Shown one piece after another: positions 59,357 to 64,000 of a stretch of 64,000 nucleotides of DNA (within the stretch, counting starts at the first letter, position 1; the number at the start of each line of letters is the position of its first letter). The stretch is taken from assembly GCA_001794215.1 (NCBI GenBank), contig MGJK01000012.1:80818-144817 (forward strand), read 5' to 3'. The notes beneath the pieces are model-generated. The model was not told the origin of the DNA. It was given only the letters and a program-made list of their open reading frames with translations, and did not search any database. Made by a program: the position numbers and the translations under genes. This DNA comes from Candidatus Yanofskybacteria bacterium RIFCSPHIGHO2_01_FULL_44_24. GTDB lineage: Bacteria > Patescibacteriota > Minisyncoccia > 2-02-FULL-40-12 > GWA2-44-9.

Positions 59357-59517
59357 CAGTTTCTTGAGATAGTATAAAATTAAAAAATCAAAGTTCAAAA
59401 TGACAATGCAAAATGAAAAGTTTTCCGATCATTTTAAATCCTAAACTGTCATTTTCCACTTTGATGTTTACATTTTAAATCAAAAAGCCCTTCTCGAATG
59501 AGTCGGGCCGTAGGAGA

Positions 59518-59709
59518 TTAGTTTGATGAATCTTTTGTAAAAATAGTGCCTAATTTCAGAAACTGTAGAGATATAATGAGGGTGCCTAACATTATCAGAG
59601 AGGCACTGGTAAGATTGTTACACCATCCTAACGTCAGACTGAGACCCCCGATTACGGATACCGGGACCATCAGCAAAAAGAAATATCCCAGAACTTTAGT
59701 CTTTTTCAT
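59518..59709 (-). CDS. Small two-TM protein inserted antisense within the atp operon
   Basis: GAGG RBS; hydrophobic 63 aa. Confidence 0.55.
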   Translation of the reverse strand: MKKTKVLGYFFLLMVPVSVIGGLSLTLGWCNNLTSASLIMLGTLIISLQFLKLGTIFTKDSSN

Positions 59710-59768
59710 CCTAACCTCGTATTGTTAAATTTAAGCAGCTGGTCAGATAGTAGTTTATAAAATTAGCC

Positions 59769-60734
59769 ATGTCAATAATTGAAGTCAAAAATAGAATAAA
59801 AGCCGTTAAGAATATCGGACAAATCACGAAAGCGATGGAAGTTGTGGCGGCGACGAAGATGAGAAAGAGCCAGGAAGTGGCTCTGCATTCGCGTCCCTAC
59901 GCTTTTAAGGCGCTTTATTTGCTTTCGACCTTAGCTAAGCACGCAGAAGTTAAGACAAAACTGATGGAGGTTCGCCATATAAAAAAGACTCTCTTGGTTA
60001 TCGTTACCTCCGACAGGGGACTTGCCGGTTCTTTTAATTCCCAGGTTTTCAGGATGGCCGATTCCTTTTTGAAATCATATCAGGATATCGGAAATGACGG
60101 ACTGAAGGTTATCGCGGTTGGCAAGAAGGCTATTTCTTATGCCGGGAAAAAGAAACTCAACATGGTTGACGGTTTTTCGGGATTCGGAGATTTTGTAGAG
60201 CCGGCAGAGACCTATCATTTGTCGGATAAAATCACCTCAGCTTTTCTTTCGGGCGAGTGGGACAGAGTTATAACCATTTCGACTCATTTCCGTACGACTC
60301 TCAAGCAGGAGGTTTTAATGAGGCAGATTTTACCGGTTGATTTGGAAAAAATTCAGAAAACAATCGACGAAATTATTCCAGAATCAGGCCGATTTGCCGG
60401 ATTGAGAGTAGAAAGTAGAAAGTTGAAGGTAGGAAATTCAGATTCAGAGCCACTTTCCACGCCCCACCTTTCACACTCTCCGGATTACATTTTTGAACCA
60501 AGTCCGGCGGAGTTAATTGAATCCCTCGTCGATCACTTGGTTAAAATGGAGGTTTATCATCTTGTTTTAGAGGCCAATGCCTCGGAACATTCGGCGCGGA
60601 TGGTGGCAATGAAAACAGCCTCCGATAATGCCCAAGAACTTTCCGAAAATCTAAATTTAGAGTATAATAAGGCGCGTCAGGCTGGAATCACGAAAGAGTT
60701 AATTGAGATCACGTCTGCAGTGAATACACTGCAG

Positions 60735-60737
<3 letters not shown>
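59769..60737 (+). CDS. atpG: ATP synthase F1 subunit gamma
   Basis: ITKAMEVVA, SDRGLAG, SEHSARMVAM, RQAGITKE. Confidence 0.99.
60404..60480. repeat. In-frame heptamer-repeat hairpin inside atpG
   Basis: (GAAAGTA)-type left arm, (CCACTTT)-type right arm; same family as the arms at 62198 and 62589. Confidence 0.8.
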
Positions 60738-62214
<1,477 letters not shown>

Positions 62215-62230
62215 TAGGTAGAACGTAGCT

Positions 62231-62587
62231 ATGGCTAAAAATTATGAAAACTTAAATATTTGGAAGAAGAGCATAGACTTTGCCTCTTTCATATATAGGA
62301 CCACAAAGAACTTTCCCAGAGAAGAATTCTATGGACTCGTTTCCCAGATTAGGAGAGCCGTTGTATCGATATCTTCTAACATAGCAGAGGGCGCAGGGAG
62401 AGGTTCTAAGAAAGAATTCTCAAGATTTATTTCGATAGCATCCGGATCCCTCAATGAGGTTGAGGGTCAGCTCCATATAGCTAGTAATCTAGATTATATA
62501 AAGAAAGAAGACTTTGAGAAAGTCCTGGAACTTATTAAAGATCGGGGCAGTATGTTAGGTGGTTTTCAAAAATTTCTTAAGAAATAA
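62231..62587 (+). CDS. Four-helix-bundle protein (23S rRNA IVP / Avd-like family), flanked by inverted heptamer arms
   Basis: YENLNIWKKS, FPREEFYGLVSQIRRAVVSISSNIAEG, IASGSLNE. Confidence 0.93.
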   Translation: MAKNYENLNIWKKSIDFASFIYRTTKNFPREEFYGLVSQIRRAVVSISSNIAEGAGRGSKKEFSRFISIASGSLNEVEGQLHIASNLDYIKKEDFEKVLELIKDRGSMLGGFQKFLKK

Positions 62588-62619
62588 ACCACTTACTACA
62601 TTCTACCTTCTACGCTCCA

Positions 62620-62859
62620 ATGCGCTTAAGCATTATTTCATTGAAGGGTATTCAATTTGAAGGAGATGCCGCTTCGCTGAACCTAAAGACAAGAAGCGGA
62701 GAGATTACCGTTCTCGATCACCATCGTCCTTTGGTTGCTCAGTTATCTTCGGGGCAAGCCATAGTTACGAAGCCAGACGGTAATAAAATGGAATTTTATA
62801 TCGCCTCCGGATTTTTAGAAGTAGGAGGAAATAATCAGGTCACCATACTTGCAGGGTAG
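62620..62859 (+). CDS. atpC: ATP synthase F1 subunit epsilon (N-terminal domain only)
   Basis: GEITVLDHHRPLV, IASGFLEV; 79 aa. Confidence 0.9.
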   Translation: MRLSIISLKGIQFEGDAASLNLKTRSGEITVLDHHRPLVAQLSSGQAIVTKPDGNKMEFYIASGFLEVGGNNQVTILAG

Positions 62860-62908
62860 TTCTTGTGGTGGTATAATATATCTCGGCACATTAAACCAAA
62901 AGGCGGGC

Positions 62909-63382
62909 ATGAAAAAGACACAAACAAAAAAAGCGAAGAGGGAGTATGTCTACAGGGGCAAATCCCGCTTAGAGCACTATAAGGCAGGTGCTTTCGTTGT
63001 TCGATGTCTTGATAGCCGCTTTTGGAAGATCGCCAAGCGGTTTATAAAGAGCTTGGGCCTAAAGCATATTGATCCGGCTTTTCCTGCCGGCGGGTCCAAA
63101 GTTTTCTCTTCGCCGTTTGACGAGCATGAGACCGAACATTATCTGGGCCAGATAGCCAAATCAATCGGGCTACATCATACGGAAAGAGTAATGCTTTTTT
63201 CCCATCACGATTGCGGAGCGTATGGAGGATTTGTTCATTTTGGAAATGATCCGGCGAAGGAATTAGAGTTTCACCGGGGGGAGCACAGGAAAGCCGTCGC
63301 GGCAATCAAGAAAAGATTCCCTCGATTGAAGGTAGAGACCTACTTTATTGATCCGGACGGGATTATTGAGACAACGAGTTAA
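62909..63382 (+). CDS. Beta-class carbonic anhydrase-like protein
   Basis: CLDSR, AGG, HHDCGAY zinc motifs. Confidence 0.8.
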   Translation: MKKTQTKKAKREYVYRGKSRLEHYKAGAFVVRCLDSRFWKIAKRFIKSLGLKHIDPAFPAGGSKVFSSPFDEHETEHYLGQIAKSIGLHHTERVMLFSHHDCGAYGGFVHFGNDPAKELEFHRGEHRKAVAAIKKRFPRLKVETYFIDPDGIIETTS

Positions 63383-63428
63383 TGATGAGGCCGAGCTTAG
63401 CTCGGCGTTTTCTTTTCGGGGCGGTTGA

Positions 63429-63455
63429 TTAGCACTCTTGACTTGGGAGTGCTAA
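63429..63455. promoter_or_regulatory. CIRCE operator overlapping the -35 of a sigma-70 promoter
   Basis: Perfect TTAGCACTC-N9-GAGTGCTAA; TTGACT(63438)-17-TAAAAT(63461); upstream of hrcA. Confidence 0.97.
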
Positions 63456-63472
63456 TTTAATAAAATGTCCCT

Positions 63473-63608
63473 ATGCTCGGTAACACAGCCTCCAAAGGTT
63501 TTTAGCCGATCGAATTGTAATACCGGGTAGATAGTATAACTTATTCAGTCTTTAGTTGTCTGGTTTTTCACAAAACCTTAAGGTGATTGGAGTCTGATAT
63601 GCCGGGAT
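63473..63608 (+). ncRNA. Rod-shaped structured RNA or leader, homologous to 39221-39358
   Basis: Stems ctcggta/tgccggg, cag/ctg, ctccaa/ttggag, aggtttt/aaaacct. Confidence 0.55.
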
Positions 63609-64000
63609 GCTTACCGATAGACAGGAAAAACTGCTTAATATTCTGATCGACCGGTATATCAAAACAGCTGAGCCGGTCAGCTCAAAGTCCTTAGTCAATT
63701 CGAGGTTTTTTAACCTAAGTTCGGCCACTCTGAGAAACGAGATGAATGACCTTGAAAGCAGGGGCTATTTAACTCAGCTTCATACTTCGGGCGGGAGAAT
63801 TCCGACTGACAGGGCCTATCGTTTCTATGTGGATAACTTGATAAGCTCTGAAGATTTAGATATTTATCCCAATTGTCAGAAAAGGATTGACGCCACTCTG
63901 TCCGGTGTCGGCGACGATCCTCGTGAAATCAATAAAATAATGGCACAGCTTTTATCGGATCTTTCCGACAACGTTGTTATTGCGGGCATAGCCGAAGAGG
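63607..64000 (+). CDS. hrcA: Heat-inducible transcription repressor HrcA (5' part, truncated by the window)
   Basis: Manual translation MLTDRQEKLLNILIDRYIKTAEPVSSKSL...SSATLRNEMNDLESRGYLTQLHTSGGRIPTDRAYRFYVD. Confidence 0.97.
   Translation, partial: MLTDRQEKLLNILIDRYIKTAEPVSSKSLVNSRFFNLSSATLRNEMNDLESRGYLTQLHTSGGRIPTDRAYRFYVDNLISSEDLDIYPNCQKRIDATLSGVGDDPREINKIMAQLLSDLSDNVVIAGIAEE

Noticed and set aside
62231-62587. Diversity-generating retroelement suggested by the Avd-like protein
   Set aside because: No reverse transcriptase in the window, and no TR/VR pair with adenine-specific mismatches was seen

Overview
Chromosomal window from a small-genome bacterium, most likely Patescibacteria/CPR (Parcubacteria-like). 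This is inferred from gene content and style: a PaaX/Cas2-like ORF, a TM0106 nuclease, short AspRS, a truncated ATP synthase epsilon subunit, and many starts with little or no leader. TGA is used as a stop codon. Core genes are hpf-secA, secD-secF, ddl, aspS, dac-mraY, ftsW, rpsT, uvrB, ruvA, cysS, the atpBEFHA-G-D-C operon and CIRCE-hrcA. Accessory material includes a degraded serine-recombinase island at tRNA-Lys (about 30-38 kb) and several non-coding repeat families. Best candidates for undescribed systems: (1) a MoxR AAA+ / metallopeptidase-vWA operon with three paralogous small proteins that have conserved ends and variable middles, plus a nucleotidyltransferase; (2) 7-mer-repeat hairpin elements, one enclosing a four-helix-bundle gene and several inserted in frame in secA, atpG and cysS; (3) an array of genes after secA separated by copies of the secA SEC-C tail (TGYCATGG); (4) two homologous rod-shaped RNAs of about 135 nt lying between promoter and start codon of ddl and hrcA; (5) nested 'Russian-doll' intergenic repeats; (6) a precisely inserting 20/21-bp palindrome linked to a GIY-YIG gene at the tRNA. 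All family assignments come from motif recognition by eye; no database search was run.
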